DNA of 64,000 nucleotides from Nitrospirales bacterium. Lineage in GTDB: Bacteria > Nitrospirota > Nitrospiria > Nitrospirales > UBA8639. Location of the stretch: assembly GCA_965203295.1 (NCBI GenBank), contig CBDBCZ010000011.1:352001-416000 (forward strand), given 5' to 3'. Position 1 is the stretch's first letter, and the number at the start of each line of letters is the position of its first letter. The notes under the pieces were generated by a model. The model did not search any database. It was not told the origin of the DNA and saw only the letters and a list, made by a program, of their open reading frames with translations. Shown here piece after piece: positions 13,022-26,803 of the stretch. The position numbers and the translations under genes are program-made.

Positions 13022-13471
13022 CCGTATCCGCTCTAATTAAGGCGCCCTTAAAAATTAATTATGACCCTCGCAGCTCGAGAGGCGCCTTCATTGGAGCGGA
13101 AAAAAAATTCCTTCGGGGTCCGGGGGGCGCCTTATTTAGAGAGGCGCCTTCTAATATAATTAGAGCGAAATTTTGACGTTCGCGTAAATTATATCGATCA
13201 ATTGCTGTCAGCCTAGCCCAACGGTATAAACCCACCACGATACGAGAATGAAGCAGCTACTGCGAGAATTTCAAGGCTCTGCCATGCCACTGACAGCATT
13301 TGATCGATATTACGAACTCGATTACGAACGTGAAAATTTCGCTCTAATTAGAACGCGCCCCCTAAAAATAATTTCCGGGGCCAGGGGGCGCCTTACTTAG
13401 AGCGAGAAAAATTGTTTTCTCTTCGAAAGGGCGCCTTTATTAGAGAGGCGCCTTAATTAGAGCGGATACGG
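13022..13471. mobile_element. Tc1/mariner-superfamily (pogo/Tc2-like) MITE nested in Academ right arm
   Basis: TIR CCGTATCCGCTCTAATTAAGGCGCC / GGCGCCTTAATTAGAGCGGATACGG; TA on both sides; internal repeated GGCGCC/ATTAGAGCG motifs. Confidence 0.85.
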
Positions 13472-14299
13472 TACATGAGGTACAAGCACAGCTTATGGCT
13501 GTATACCCACTCGTACAGTATTTTCACGTACCTGAAGCGCCGACACTCCATCGTCTAAAGCCAGAGATCCACCAACGGCCAACAAACAAACATTGCTAGC
13601 GCTTCTCGTGATTGCGGTCTGTGACGAGTAGGCGTTATCACGAGCTCAGTTAAACGTCAGCGGAAGTACTTACAAAATTTTCCCACGCCGAAATAACACG
13701 CCCATTTCTACGACGCGTTCGTGTAGACTACTGATGAGAAATTCATACTCTGTTATGTACATGGTGCTGTATAATCATAGTACAGACACTTGAGACTCAC
13801 CATGCACTCGATCACCACACACCACATTCTATGGCATTCCACAAACTTGCAATTAATGACCTACATGTACTGTGGAGTGTATATATATACCACACTGTCA
13901 CATGCCTATACACACCGACACTCCCACTGTATAGTTTTCAGTAATATAGACAATGACAAAAACTGGAGGCCAAGGATCCATGTCTCATAGTTTCCGGAGT
14001 CAAGTATGGTTAATCTTGTAGCAGTAACAGAAGAAACATGCATGATTGTGCTGGCCATGCAGCACTATAGGAATAATTATGCACGATGATTTATGAGACT
14101 GCAGTGCTAGTCTCACTCTTACCTTACAGACTGATGCCATTATTGGTACAAATAGTTATTTTATTTTTCGAAAAAAGGTTTACACTTGTATTTATGACTC
14201 AAGCGCACAGGTGGAGTATACTTGGACTATATTTATAGTGCGTTGGAACAGGCATCGCAGCAGATCCAAGGAAGCTGTGTGACCTCGCCTCTCTCCGGG

Positions 14300-14695
14300 A
14301 CTTAATAAATATGTATACCTCCAATTTTCAGGATATTTGGCTGTTGCTGAGCCCCTCTATGCCTTAACGAAAAAAGATGTTCCCTTAATTCAAGTGGACC
14401 CAGAAGCCTTCGATCATCTGAAGCAAGACTTGCTATATAGCACTTCCTAATCCATACACAGCTGTGACTTGTGGACTGATGTACATCCTTGTGGCTATGC
14501 TCCAGTGGTACCGTTACGGTAGCTTCCTGATGCCATGCCTCAAGGTGGGTCGTATATCTCAACCATGAACGCCATGCAGTTTCCTCATGCTGCTCTCACT
14601 GTATAGTTCTCATGCAGTCAAGCCATCCCACACATAGAGCTTATCACCAATGTGAGCAGCATGGTGCCAAATCCTGGGGCATGGTTCGTAGTATT
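14300..14695 (-). pseudogene. Kelch-repeat protein fragment, degraded
   Basis: Minus-strand translation YEPCPRIWHHAAHIGDKLYVWDG followed, after frameshifts, by VEIYDP-LEAWHQEAT; fits the Kelch blade pattern (PRxxHxxxxxxxxLYVxGG...VExYDPxxxxW) with GG changed to DG. Confidence 0.55.
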
Positions 14696-15290
14696 TATAG
14701 GCTTACTGCAGTGGAAAACCTGTAAGGCAGCCGAGAGATAATATTTTTGACAATGAACACTGCCACTGTCAGCATGAGTCTTATGATTTTGCCATGGGTG
14801 AGCCACTGCAAATACATTCAATTGCAAGCAGCAGACCTCTGTTATAGCCTGTTTACACACTGATCCAATATAGCTCTAGTGTGAGATTCCACTAGCTCAG
14901 TTTCTTTTTGGATGAGCAGCCTTTCAGTATCACTTGATATTGATTCGTGCAGTAGTATTAGTCTGAAGGATGAGTAAAACACAAGCAAGATGATTCCAAC
15001 GCCCAGCGCTATTTAAATGCTACCCATCTGATCATAACTTCATACACATGCATGAGGTCGACATACTGGCCCCACCCACTAGTGAAATTCCTCACAATAT
15101 TAAAGTAATATCACTTGGTACATGTATAAGTAATATTACATGTAATTTTAAAAAAATGACTAGAATTCTTCATCTACAATGTGTCTACAGTGTCATAATG
15201 TGTATACTTATAGCTAAAATGTGATAAGTCTATGTTTATGGTAGAACGTGCATGTTATGTAATCACTTTAGACAAGACGAGTGGTTACAA

Positions 15291-18148
15291 TCACTTTAAA
15301 ATTTCAGTGCTGCTAGTTCTAAGACTAATCTGTTTAAGACTCTGCTGTGTGTGGCGTTTCTTCAGCCGGCGTGAGAGTATCTTCTTTATTTCTTGAACAT
15401 TCAACACGTATATAAGGTTGACAACAGGGAACATTCCAACTATAAGGAGGGCAGCTATCAGTACCATTCGGCTATTAAACCTTTCAAAGTTTCTTGCACA
15501 AACGTCTTTGTTGCTATCGGCACCAGTCGATTCGCACAGAAAATAGTCAGAAATATCTGCGATGAAGCTCGGGCGGTTGGTGGCTGGAATGGTAATGGCA
15601 GTAAGCATGAAAAAGCCAAGCAAGAAGTAATAGCATAAAGCAATAAGGATTCTGATCTCTGCCTTGTTCATACGCAAATGTTGTCTGATGTTCATATACT
15701 TTGCCTTAAAATTCCAACCCTGAAAATGAAAATGGCATTAGTGAGAATGTAATCATTTGAGACTGCTGTATAGGACAGCAGCAAGATATATAAGTTAGTC
15801 ACCTTTTCTTTAGTGCATTCTTTTTGTCGTGGAGTTTTTGTCCTACGTATAAGGATCGAAAAAATTGTTATGATGAGGGATACTCCAATCCCCAACAGCA
15901 GACTTCCAGGTGGTACAAACGTATAGAACAGAACATCTACATCCTTTGCAACACAAATAAACGGAGGGAAAAAAGGCGGAGCACTCCCTCCAGTAGCAAT
16001 AACAACAGCTACTGCTACAAATGGAAGAGCAATTGCCACAGCCACCATTCCGATATGAAGGAACTTAAAGTGGGCTCTCTGCTGAAAGCTTCTGGCATGA
16101 AACGGAAACTTTATGCCCCAGAGTACTCCAGCGATGTGTGTGATCCAGAGAAACAGCTCCAGGAGGAAGGAGTAGTGAAACAGTGCACCTGTATGTAAAA
16201 GAAAAATTATATTGCACGCAAACTAGAATATACAGTATACAATGTCATGTTTTATACTTCTTAAATTATTGAAGTTGTATGGAAGCTGTTTTAAGCTCAA
16301 AATCGTGGGTCACTAGGTATCAAATACGTAAAAAGGATATGTAATGAATGAATAAATTATAAGAGCTTCATTTAAAAATTCTGTTTGGTTTTATGCTGAT
16401 ATCACATGAGAGGTATACGTACCTTGTAGATTGCAGTAAAATAGTGTTGAACTTTGAAATGCACTTTCTACAAGATTTTGTGACTTGCAGAAAAACTTAG
16501 TTCTGCTTGTGTAGCCAATCAACAACGAAATTTCAAACAGGCTCAATGGGAACATTTCATAGACAACGAATACCGCCGGGAATTTGAACCTATACAAAAA
16601 ATTAAGAGGAAAATTAAACATACTGCAGACACGTGATATCTTATACGATTCTTACGTACATGCGCTCGTGCTGAATGCAAGAGAGCGCCAGTACCACTGC
16701 AGCAGAAACAATGTATACAACTGCTTGAAACACAACTACAACATCTGTGATCACGATAACTGCATGAGGCAACTCTTCCCACTCTCCACACTTTGGCTGG
16801 CATGTTCCTCCGGCATCATAGAAGCCATCACTGCACACTAGTGCAGGAGTAACATTGGGTCGTGACGACATGTCAGCAGCTCCACTTGTTGAACTCTCAT
16901 TTCCTATATTTGTATCAAAAAGTTACATCATACTCTCACAATATTTTTATGGCATGCAGCTAAATTATACATGGGAACATTATTAGGTGAACATACCTGT
17001 ACATGTTAAGGTGATGTTTGGGAATGAATCACACTGTGGTACTTGAAGAGTTGGAAAATTTGCGATTAGAGGCATAGCTCGTTGAAACTCTGGTGCACAC
17101 GTGTTCATGAGCACAATGCAGTTCTCCAGAGAGGGTAGATAAAGTTTCTTAGTGTTGCTGTCACAAACTCCAAAAATTGAAAAACAGATGAATGGTACAA
17201 TTGCCTCACTGCATTGTTCACTTGGGGTGAGCAGTTGCAAGCCTGATAAAAATTGCATGGCCTGTGTCTCCAGCTCTTGTTGGGGCTCCCTCACAGGTAT
17301 CAATATGTCACTATCTCCAACACCAGTAAGACACTCCTGCTGTGCTTGCAAGTATTCTCTGCATACAGCACCAGTGTAGACCACTGGAGTGCAGAATGAT
17401 CCATTTGTGCTGACTCCCCCTTCACTTGCGACTGGAATATTCTGAATCAAAGAATTAAACGATTTATATAATACTTCCCTTCTTTTTGGTGGTGGAAAAC
17501 AAAACAGCAAGCGGAAACATGTGACTAATCGATGTTAGTGATTGCTTGTAAGTAATAAATTTATACACACTGGATTGTATTCGTAGTAATCTCTGATAGT
17601 ATAATATACTGACGTACGATGTAGGCCATAACTTTAATTCTATATGCTACAACTATCCTAGCCCACCTCTTTGCAGAGGAGGAGAATACTCTTATCTTGC
17701 ACAAGAGCCTGGGCAAAAGGTTACAACTATATAGCTGTGTCATTGATAGCCTAAAAGTAGCCGTATGAGGCAGCTCTTCCCAGGCCATTCTCCACACTTT
17801 GGCTGATATATACGTTCCTCATAGCAGCCATCACTACACACTAGTCTACGGGAGTAACATTGGGGGTCTTAATGACACTACAGCTCCCCCACTTGTTGAA
17901 GTATGCAGGTGCATTTTCTTATTTACTCTCCTCCTCCACAAGAGCCTAGGCACAAGGCTATTACAACTATGCTAGCCTAGTCTTTTACAAGATCTTCATA
18001 ATTTACTTAATTTTGTCCAAGAACTTACTTGAGGAAGGTGATAGAAGACTATGGGTAGAGACAGAAGGAGCCAGAACACGACAATCACTACCCATATTAT
18101 CCCCAGCTCTGTGCACCTCCTAGGCTTGGACTGCGCTTTATTGGCCAT
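15291..18148 (-). CDS. Frizzled-CRD + 7TM receptor-like protein, copy 2 (596 aa)
   Basis: Exons 18029-18148, 16997-17441, 16660-16903, 16423-16589, 15803-16188, 15291-15719; GT-AG; total 1791 nt, in frame. Confidence 0.85.
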
Positions 18149-21119
18149 TCCTGTAGCTAAGAAACTCCTTGTGGCCCAGTGAGGGTTCTGGTCTGTCCTA
18201 TGTGGCAGTCTGTTTATGCTGAAGCACAGTGGGAGTATACTAGTGTAAGGCTGTAATCGTATCCACTGATGAGAAATTCAAACACTGTTGTGTACAGAGT
18301 GCGAACGTGCAGACAATCTTAATCAAGGTCTACCACTCCAATTCCAGTATGCTGTGATGCTCACTTAATACATACTTGTGCATGTGGGTGAGAGTTCAGA
18401 TGATACCAGATAAAGTGGGCAGAGTTGACGATTGTGGTTGGTCAATGCAATATGAAATTACAAACTCATTAATGATCCAGTAGGCTGTAACTTGAACTGC
18501 ACTAGTATCTTATAGGTAGTGATAGTGAAATACTAGTAGCTATAGTAATAGCCTCAAGAGTAGTCTATAGTCTTACTCTCAGACTTTGGACTTCAGCTAA
18601 CAATATTTCCAGGAACTGATCATACCCATATTAATATCTTTACTTCTGTTCTGTCCAGATACAATCTGTCACCAGCCTTAGCGTCTCATGCTACAGTAAG
18701 GCTAGCTATTTCTGTTAGTTATTTCACAAACAGCTTACATAGATTTAGCCACACTGTGCAGATATGTCTTGCAATAACTTCCTTTGATTCCTCAATAAAA
18801 CTATAATTAAATCACTTTCGAGTTTCACACTACAGTTCCTGTTCTACATTCCCAAGCTGAAGGTGCATGACATTGAAGGAACGTGTTCCTTTAGAGATTT
18901 CATAGGTGTATCTGACTGATATTTGGTGGTAATGTGCACAGAATCCTCCTTACTATTTAAGTCTAGCATCTCATTATCACTATTTCCTTGACCTAGTGAC
19001 TACAGTAGGCATTAGCCATGCATGTTGGCATCTTAATGAATTCATCCTACTTGAAAACCTAAATTGGTAACTAGCCATGTGGAAGCAACTATCATGCACG
19101 GATAATCTTGACATATACAGGGCCAGCTGTATATAAGAATGACTATACATGATCATTATCTATTCATAGAGTATTATTTTGTAAGCTTAAGTCACCACAG
19201 ACAGATAGCTACTACTGTAACGCATGCGGTACACTGTCACCAAGATACAGTATATCTTGGTGATGGTGTACCGCATTATTTTCTGAATTGTTGTCATTCC
19301 CGACTTCCCGAACCCTCTCTATCACTGGGTGTTCCCACTGTGACTGCAGCGCCTATTCCCTATTGTGTGCCAATTATTCCCAGTGGACTAACAATGATAC
19401 TGCATGAAAACTGAAAGGTATCCTAATCATTATTACTGCATGCACTCAATAGCTTGAGGCCTAAAAAAACTAAAACAGCCCTTATACCTATCCTAACCTG
19501 CGGAACTATATCTACACTACTGCAAAACCTTACATTACAATCTAGTTAAGCATATGACCTATTTAATTGAGCATATTGCAATCAGGCACAATAAAATCCA
19601 AATGGGCAAATTAGAAAGTAGAAAAATAGAAATCATGAAAAAGAAAAGAGTAACCAAGAGACCCGGAAAAAAACCAGAGACAACCCAGCCCGTGACCGCA
19701 GAAAGTTAAAAATTTTGAAAATAGTTAAAAAGTTTTTTTAAAAAAGTTTAAAAGGGGATCAAATAGGTCTTCCCTCTGTTAAAAAACCTTTCGGAGAAAT
19801 TCCCATGGTCTCGGCTTAACTGTAAGGTCTTACCGAATCCAGCAGGAGCCTCCTAGAAAAAGTTTAAAAAGGTTAAAAAGCTTATGAAACTTTAAAAATT
19901 GTAAGAGCGGCCCCAAACCAAGCCATGCACTTGGACTGTATCAGTGCAATGTCATATATATATATATACCTTACACAATGTTTGCATGTTTCCCATAATA
20001 GTATAGTACACATTCCCAAATGTGAAGATTTTCTGTAAATTAATCATTGTAATCCTTATGCTACAAAAAAATATGTGGGAGTGCATGAAATACACACCAT
20101 GAACATACATAGCTATCATAAAATGTGATGATAATATGGGAACTCTTAATATGTATAACCGCCTTACTGTAGACAAGGTATGTGCGTACAACCACCTCAA
20201 AGGCACAGCATGTAATCAATTCTGCATGTAGCAGCACACATTCAAAGCAAATGCACAAGCTGGCTGAAGGAGGCACATTACATTTTGTCATTTGACGTGT
20301 TCACAAAAGCTGCTATAGAGTACAAACTACTACTACTACATGTAGTCTTGCCGTGTGTGGCTATCTGACTGTGGTAACTTAAGCTACACTTTAGGTAAAC
20401 ATAATTATAGCCATCAGCATGACATGGTATCTTGGTAATATTGCCTATTTTCCTGGAATTCAACACATTGTTGTCATTCCTGACCTCTTGAACTCTCTGT
20501 ATCATTGGATGTTCTGACGGTGACTGCAGTGCCTATTAACTACATGTATACTGTGTGTTCAGCTTCGTTCCCAGTCCTTCCCACCCAAGCTTTTACCTTG
20601 CAGCCATGTGAGAGCAGGAATGGGAAGGACTGGGAAACTGAGGCTATACACTGTGTGTTCATTATCCTCAGTGGACTTGACAGTGTACAGCTACATGCTG
20701 CTTACAGTGGTACAGTTTTACAGGCTAGCATCCTTATAATTGCAGAGATGATTAATTTTTAAATTACAGAAAAGTCTTTACGTTGCAGCTAGCTGTGGAT
20801 TCTTTTATGAAATGTATGGGATTCATTCAACACTCACAGTAATACCACTTTCCCCTCTCTCATATATTAGCTACAGCAATTTATAAGCAATACCAAAACA
20901 ATGCATGTCCCAGTAGGCCTACAGAAACAGAATAAGAATCTAACTACTACATAACTGATAAACAAGCCTTGGAAAAGAACATAGTTTATGTACATCAAAA
21001 AGTATTGTCTAGGTAATAAATATAGTAAAATGTGCCCAGTGGCCTTGGGTTACATTCATAGTACACTTAATTGAAAGTATATACTAAGTTTCCAGTCTTA
21101 TCTTGTATGATATGTACAA

Positions 21120-23576
21120 TCATCTCAACGTTTCTGTGCTGCTAGTAACTCTGAGGCAGATCTGGCTGAGATGTGTGAGGCTGTGTTGTGTGCGGCGTCT
21201 CTCCAGTGGCCGGGAGAGTATCTTCTTCGTTTCTTGAACGTTTAATACGAATAGAAGGTCAACGATTGGCAACACTCCGATCAGAAAGAGGCAGGTTGTA
21301 AACACAATTCGGCTATCATACTTTTCAAAACTTCGTTCACAAGCATTCTTGTTGGGATCAACTCCTGTTGATTCACAAAGAAAATAGTTAGAAGCGGCTG
21401 CAATGAATTGTAAATAGTTGACGGCTGGAACGATAACGCCAGAAAGCATGAAAGCACCTACCAAAAAATAATAGCATAAAATAATGAGAATTTTGATCTC
21501 TGGCTTGTTCTTACGCAATTGTTGTCTGATGTTCATATATTTTGCCTTAAAATTCCAACCCTGTAAGTGAAAATTTATATATCATTACATGTGAATGATT
21601 CATTAGTTATGATTGGCTAGCACCAAGGTATGTACCTCTTCTTCAGCACATTCTTTTTGTTGCGAAATCTTTGTCCTGCGTACGAGAACCAATAAAATTG
21701 TTGCAACCAGAGATATTCCAATTCCAAACATCAGACATCCAGGTGGTACAATAGTATAGAACAGAACATCTATGTTCTTTGCAGCACATATAAAGGGAGG
21801 GGAGAAAGGAGCAGCACTCCCTCCAGTAGCAATAACAACAGCTGCTGATACAGTTGGAAGAATAAATGCCACTGCCACCATTCCAATATGGAGGTACTTA
21901 AAGTGGGCTTTCTTTTGGAAGTTTCTTGCATGAAAAGGAAACATCACGCCCCAGAATACTCCAGCCATGTGTGTGAGCCAGATAATAGATGTCGAGATGA
22001 ATGCATAGTGATACACTGCACCTGTAAAAAGACAAGAATTTACATGCAGACTTAATTTAATTTCAGAAGTGAATTACATGTAAAAGCAATTAAGGCTATT
22101 ATGGTGATAGATCTCATGCTAGGAGAGACACACAGTTTTTCACTAAGGGCTGTATATACCTTGAAGATTGCAGTAAAATGTTGAGCTCTGAAATGCACTT
22201 TCTAGAAAACTCTGTGACTTGCAGAATAACTTTGTCCTGTTTGTGTATCCAATCAACACCAAAACTTCAACCAGGCCCATTGGGATTAGTTCATATAGAA
22301 TAAATATTGCCGGAAACTTGAACCTATGAAGAAATGAGAGGCATAAATTATTTACACTGCAGCTATACTTGACATCATGCAATTGAGTGTTTGATTTAGC
22401 TTACATGCGCTCATGCTGAATGCAAGAGAGCACCAGTACCACTGCAGCAGAAACAATGTACACAATTCCTTGAAATACAAGCGCAACATCTGTGATCACA
22501 ACAGTCTCATGAGGCAACCCTTCCCACTCTCCACATTTCGGCTGGCACGTTCCTCCGGCATCATAGAAGCCATCACTGCACACTAGTGCAGGAGTAACAT
22601 TGGGTCGTGACGACATGTCAGCAGCTCCACTTGTTGAACTCTCATCAGTTGTGTTGCCTATAATTATAAATCAGATCATAACTATACACCATATACTCAT
22701 ACAATCACACAATTATGTACTATGTGGCTTGCGATTAATATAGACACGTATGAAGGCATGTGTGTTATTCATACCTGAATGTATTGAGGGGATGTTCGGG
22801 AATGATTCACATGCAGGTAATTGAGTTGGAATATCTTCAAATAAAGACATAGCTCGTTGAAACTCTGGCCCACATGTGTTCATGAGCACATTGCAGTTCT
22901 CCGAAGAGGGTAGATGAAGTTCTCTAGTGCTGTTGTCACAAATTCCAAAGATTGAGAAACAGATGAATGGTACAATTGCCTCACTGCAGTTGTCACTTGG
23001 GGTTAGCAGCTGCAAGCCTGCTAGAAATTGCATGGCCCATGTCTCCAGCTCTTGTTGGGGCTCCCTCACAGGTATAAATATGTTGCTATCTCCAACACCA
23101 GTAATACACAGCTGCTGTGCTTGCAAGTGTTCTCTGCATACAGTACCAGTATAGACCACAGGAGTGCACGATGCATTTGTGCTGACTCCTCCATTACTTG
23201 CAATTGGAACATCCTGAATCAAAGAGCTTTTTATGATGCACTTAAAACATGCATATACAGGAAAATATTTAACACGGTCTGCTAGTCAGGCAATAAATTA
23301 AGTTTCTAAGTTAAATGTGTATATGAGGCCATGTTATGACATTGAGGAAGGAGTGAGTTTTTATTCATCGACTTCATACCAAACTGGTACAGATGTGATT
23401 GATTAAGTGATTATTCATGCACATATTACATTATTCGGCGTGCATTTACTTACTTGAGGAAGGTGATAGAAGACTATGGGTAGAGACAGAAGGATCCAGA
23501 ACACGACGATCACTGCCACAGCTATCACCAGCCCTGTGTACCTCCTAGGCTTGGACTGCAATTCTTTGCCACCCAT
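21120..23576 (-). CDS. Frizzled-CRD + 7TM receptor-like protein, copy 3 (601 aa)
   Basis: Exons 23454-23576, 22775-23213, 22405-22657, 22160-22323, 21636-22021, 21120-21560; GT-AG; total 1806 nt, in frame. Confidence 0.85.
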
Positions 23577-24922
23577 TCTTGATCAATTGGCTTCTGTAAT
23601 AGCGTTAGTCAGCTCTCTACTCTTATACTAGTAACGGCTTTATGGCTTGGAGGAGGCAAGAATCAAATTTTGTCATTGAAGCTGTATTTGTGAATAGAGT
23701 ATGGAATTACAAACTACTCAGTTGCCACGTGTTATAGTAGCTATCTGATTGTGCTGGGTAACTTTAACTGCACTGTACAGTACTGAGGTGATCTTAATGA
23801 GCTATCAGCATGACACTGTATCAATGTTACCACATTCTATTTTCCTGGAATTGAACACGTTCTCATGACATAAACATAATTAGCTATCCCATGACATTGT
23901 ATCAATGCTACCACATTCTAATTGAACACATTCTCATATCGTTAATTGTCATCCCTGACCTCTCGAACTCTCTGAATCACTGGGTGTTCTAGCCTCGTAC
24001 CCATGCAGGCCTGGTTTTATGGGTGCTCCTACTGTGACTACAGTGCATGCTTATTATCTACTGTGTGTTAATTACCCTCAGTGGACTAGACATGTCAATA
24101 TCATCGAAGGCCAGGCTGCACGTAACAGTATATGGTGTCTGGTGTTCTTTGTGAATATGCCACGTGTATAAACATTTTAATCATGCATATAATAATTATA
24201 ATCGTGATACATGAGCAAAACTTGATATTGGTGAGCTGGAGGCAATGCATAATATATAGATGATGTTTATAGCTATGTATTACGTTTAGAAGCTATATAG
24301 TAAACACCCTCGGCATGGCATTGTATCTTGGCAATATTGCCTATTATCCTGGAATTCAACACATTGCTGTCATTCCTGACTCAAACTCTCTGCATCATTG
24401 GATGTTCCCACCATGACTGCAATGCCTAATAACTACATGTATACTGTGTGTTCAGCTTTGTTCCCAGTCCTTCCCACCCAAACTCACAGCCATGTGAGAT
24501 AAAAGCTGGGAAAAGGCTATATAGCTACTGTGCATTAAGTATTATCCTCAGTGGACTTGACAATATACTGAACTAGCTATATGCTGCTTACAGTGGTATA
24601 GTTTTAGAGGTTAGCATTCTTTTTGGAGCAGTGATAAATTCACAGAAAAAAGCTGTATTTTGTGGCTGTGAATTCTTTTATGGAAGGTAAGCTAGGATTG
24701 ATTCGACACTCACAGCAACACTTTTATTATACAGCAATTTATAAGCAATGCCGAGATAATGCATGGCCCCTTAGGCCTACAGACACAGACTAAGAGTCTA
24801 ATGAGGTACATAAATCATAAAATATCATACATACATCAAGAAGTTTTGTCTAGGTATTAGAGTACAGTCAAATGTGCCCAGTGGCCTGCCTCGGTCATTA
24901 TAAGCCAGGACTGTATGTACAA

Positions 24923-26803
24923 TCATCTCAACGTTTCTGTGCTGCTAGTAACTCTGAGGCTGAGCTGTGTGAGGCTGTGTTGTGTGCGGCGTCTCTCCAG
25001 TGGCCGGGAGAGTATCTTCTTCGTTTCTTGAACGTTTAATACCAATAGAAGGTCAACGATTGGCAACACTCCGATCAGAAAGAGGCAGGTTGTAAACACA
25101 ATTCGGCTATCATACTTTTCAAAACTTTGTTCACAAGCATTCTTGTTGGGATCGACCCCTGTTAATTCACAAAGAAAATAGTTAGAGGCTGCTGTAGTGA
25201 ACTGCGTATAGTTGGAGGTTGGAACGATAATGCCGGCAAGCAAGAAAGCACCTAGCAAGAAGTAATAGCATAAAACAATGAGGATTTTGATCTCTGGCTT
25301 GTTCTTACGCAACTGTTGTCTGATGTTCATATATTTTGCTTTTAAATTCCAACCCTGCAAGTGGAAGTTTATATATTAGCACATGTGAATGATGCACTAG
25401 TAATAATTGGTTAGCATCAAGGGTAATTACCTTTTCTTCAGCACATTCTTTCTGTTGTGAATACTTTGTCCTGCGCACAAGAACCAATAAAATTGTTGCG
25501 ACCAGAGATATTCCTGTTCCATATATCAGGCATCCAGGTGGTACAATAGTATAGAACAAAACATCTACATTCTTTGCAGCACATATAAAGGGAGGGGAAA
25601 AAGGAGCAGCACTCCCTCCAGTAGCAATAACAACAGCTGCTGGTATAGCCGGAAGAGCAATTGCCACTGCCCACACTCCAATGTGAAGGTATTTAAAGTG
25701 GGGTTTGTGTTGAAAGTTTCTTGCATGAAAAGGAAACATCGTGCCCCAGAGTACTCCAGCGATGTGTGTGAGCCAGAAAACACCCTCCATAAAGAATGCA
25801 TAGTGAAAGACTGCCCCTGTGAATAGAAGACAGCTGATAAAAATTAATATTGTAGTTCACATGCATGCCAAGACCAGAATACATGCATGCATTTACGTCT
25901 GCTATAAGCGGTTTGGAACCTTATTATTTTAGAAGTTGATTGTATGTGAAAAACGGCTATTGCGATTGATCAATAGCAAAAGAGATTATTTCTACTGTTA
26001 CAGTAACAGTTTTAGTATACATGTACCTTGAAGATTGCAATAAAATGTTGAACTCTGAAATGCACTTTCTAGAAAACTCTGTGACTTGCAGAATAACTTA
26101 GTTCTGTTTGTGTATCCAATTAACACCATAATTTCAACCAGGCCCAATGGCACTAGTTCGTATAGAATAAATATTGCCGGGAATTTGAACCTATGAAGAA
26201 ATGAGTACAATTGCTTCACTGCAGTTTTCACTTGAGGTTAGCAGCTGCAAGTCTGCTAGAAATTGCATGGCCAGTGTCTCCAGCTCTTGCTGGGGCTCCC
26301 CCATAGGTATCAATATGTCACCATCTCCAACACCAGTAAGACACTCCTGCTGTGCTTGCAAGTGTTCTCTGCATACAGCACCAGTGTAGACCACAGGAGT
26401 GCAGATTGATTCATTCGCACTGACTCCTCCTTCACTTGCGATTGGAATATCCTGAATCAAAAACCTTTAATGACACACTTAAAATTGTACAATATTATTA
26501 TGAATATATAGGAAGTATTTTACATAGTCTGTTAGCCAAGCAATACAATAAGTTTCCTTACTTCTAGTGTATATGAGGCCTTGATATGGCGTTCAGGAAG
26601 GAGTGAGTCTTTATTCATTGACTTTATTCCAAACTGGTACAGATGTGATTGATTAAGTGATTATTCATGCATTTACTTACTTGAGGAAGGTGATAGAAGA
26701 TTATGGGTAGAGACAGAACGAGCCAGAACACGACAATCACTGCCAAAGCTATCACCAGCCCTGTGTACCTCCTAGGCTTGGACTGCAATTCTTTGCCACC
26801 CAT
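24923..26803 (-). pseudogene. Frizzled-CRD + 7TM receptor-like copy 4, internally deleted
   Basis: Exon 1 (26681-26803) and exons 4-6 are present. Exon 2 is fused at 26205/26206 to the intron before exon 4, losing half of the CRD and all of exon 3. Read-through gives ...EAIVLISS-stop. Confidence 0.8.

Larger units (their letters stand above)
2783..13730 (+). mobile_element. Academ (AcademX-type) DNA transposon, decayed, about 10.9 kb
   Basis: Perfect 16-bp TIR TAGTCTACACGAACGC (2783-2798) / GCGTTCGTGTAGACTA (13715-13730); flanks ctgg/ctga. Joined flanks match the empty paralogous site upstream of receptor copy 2 (gtgggagta...ctgatgagaaattca, about 18229-18300). Internal transposase + XPG-like + Cys-rich ORF. 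Confidence 0.8.

Noticed and set aside
19430..19950. A-rich segment with homopolymer runs as a distinct element
   Set aside because: No termini, ORF or second copy found in the window; cannot be classified.
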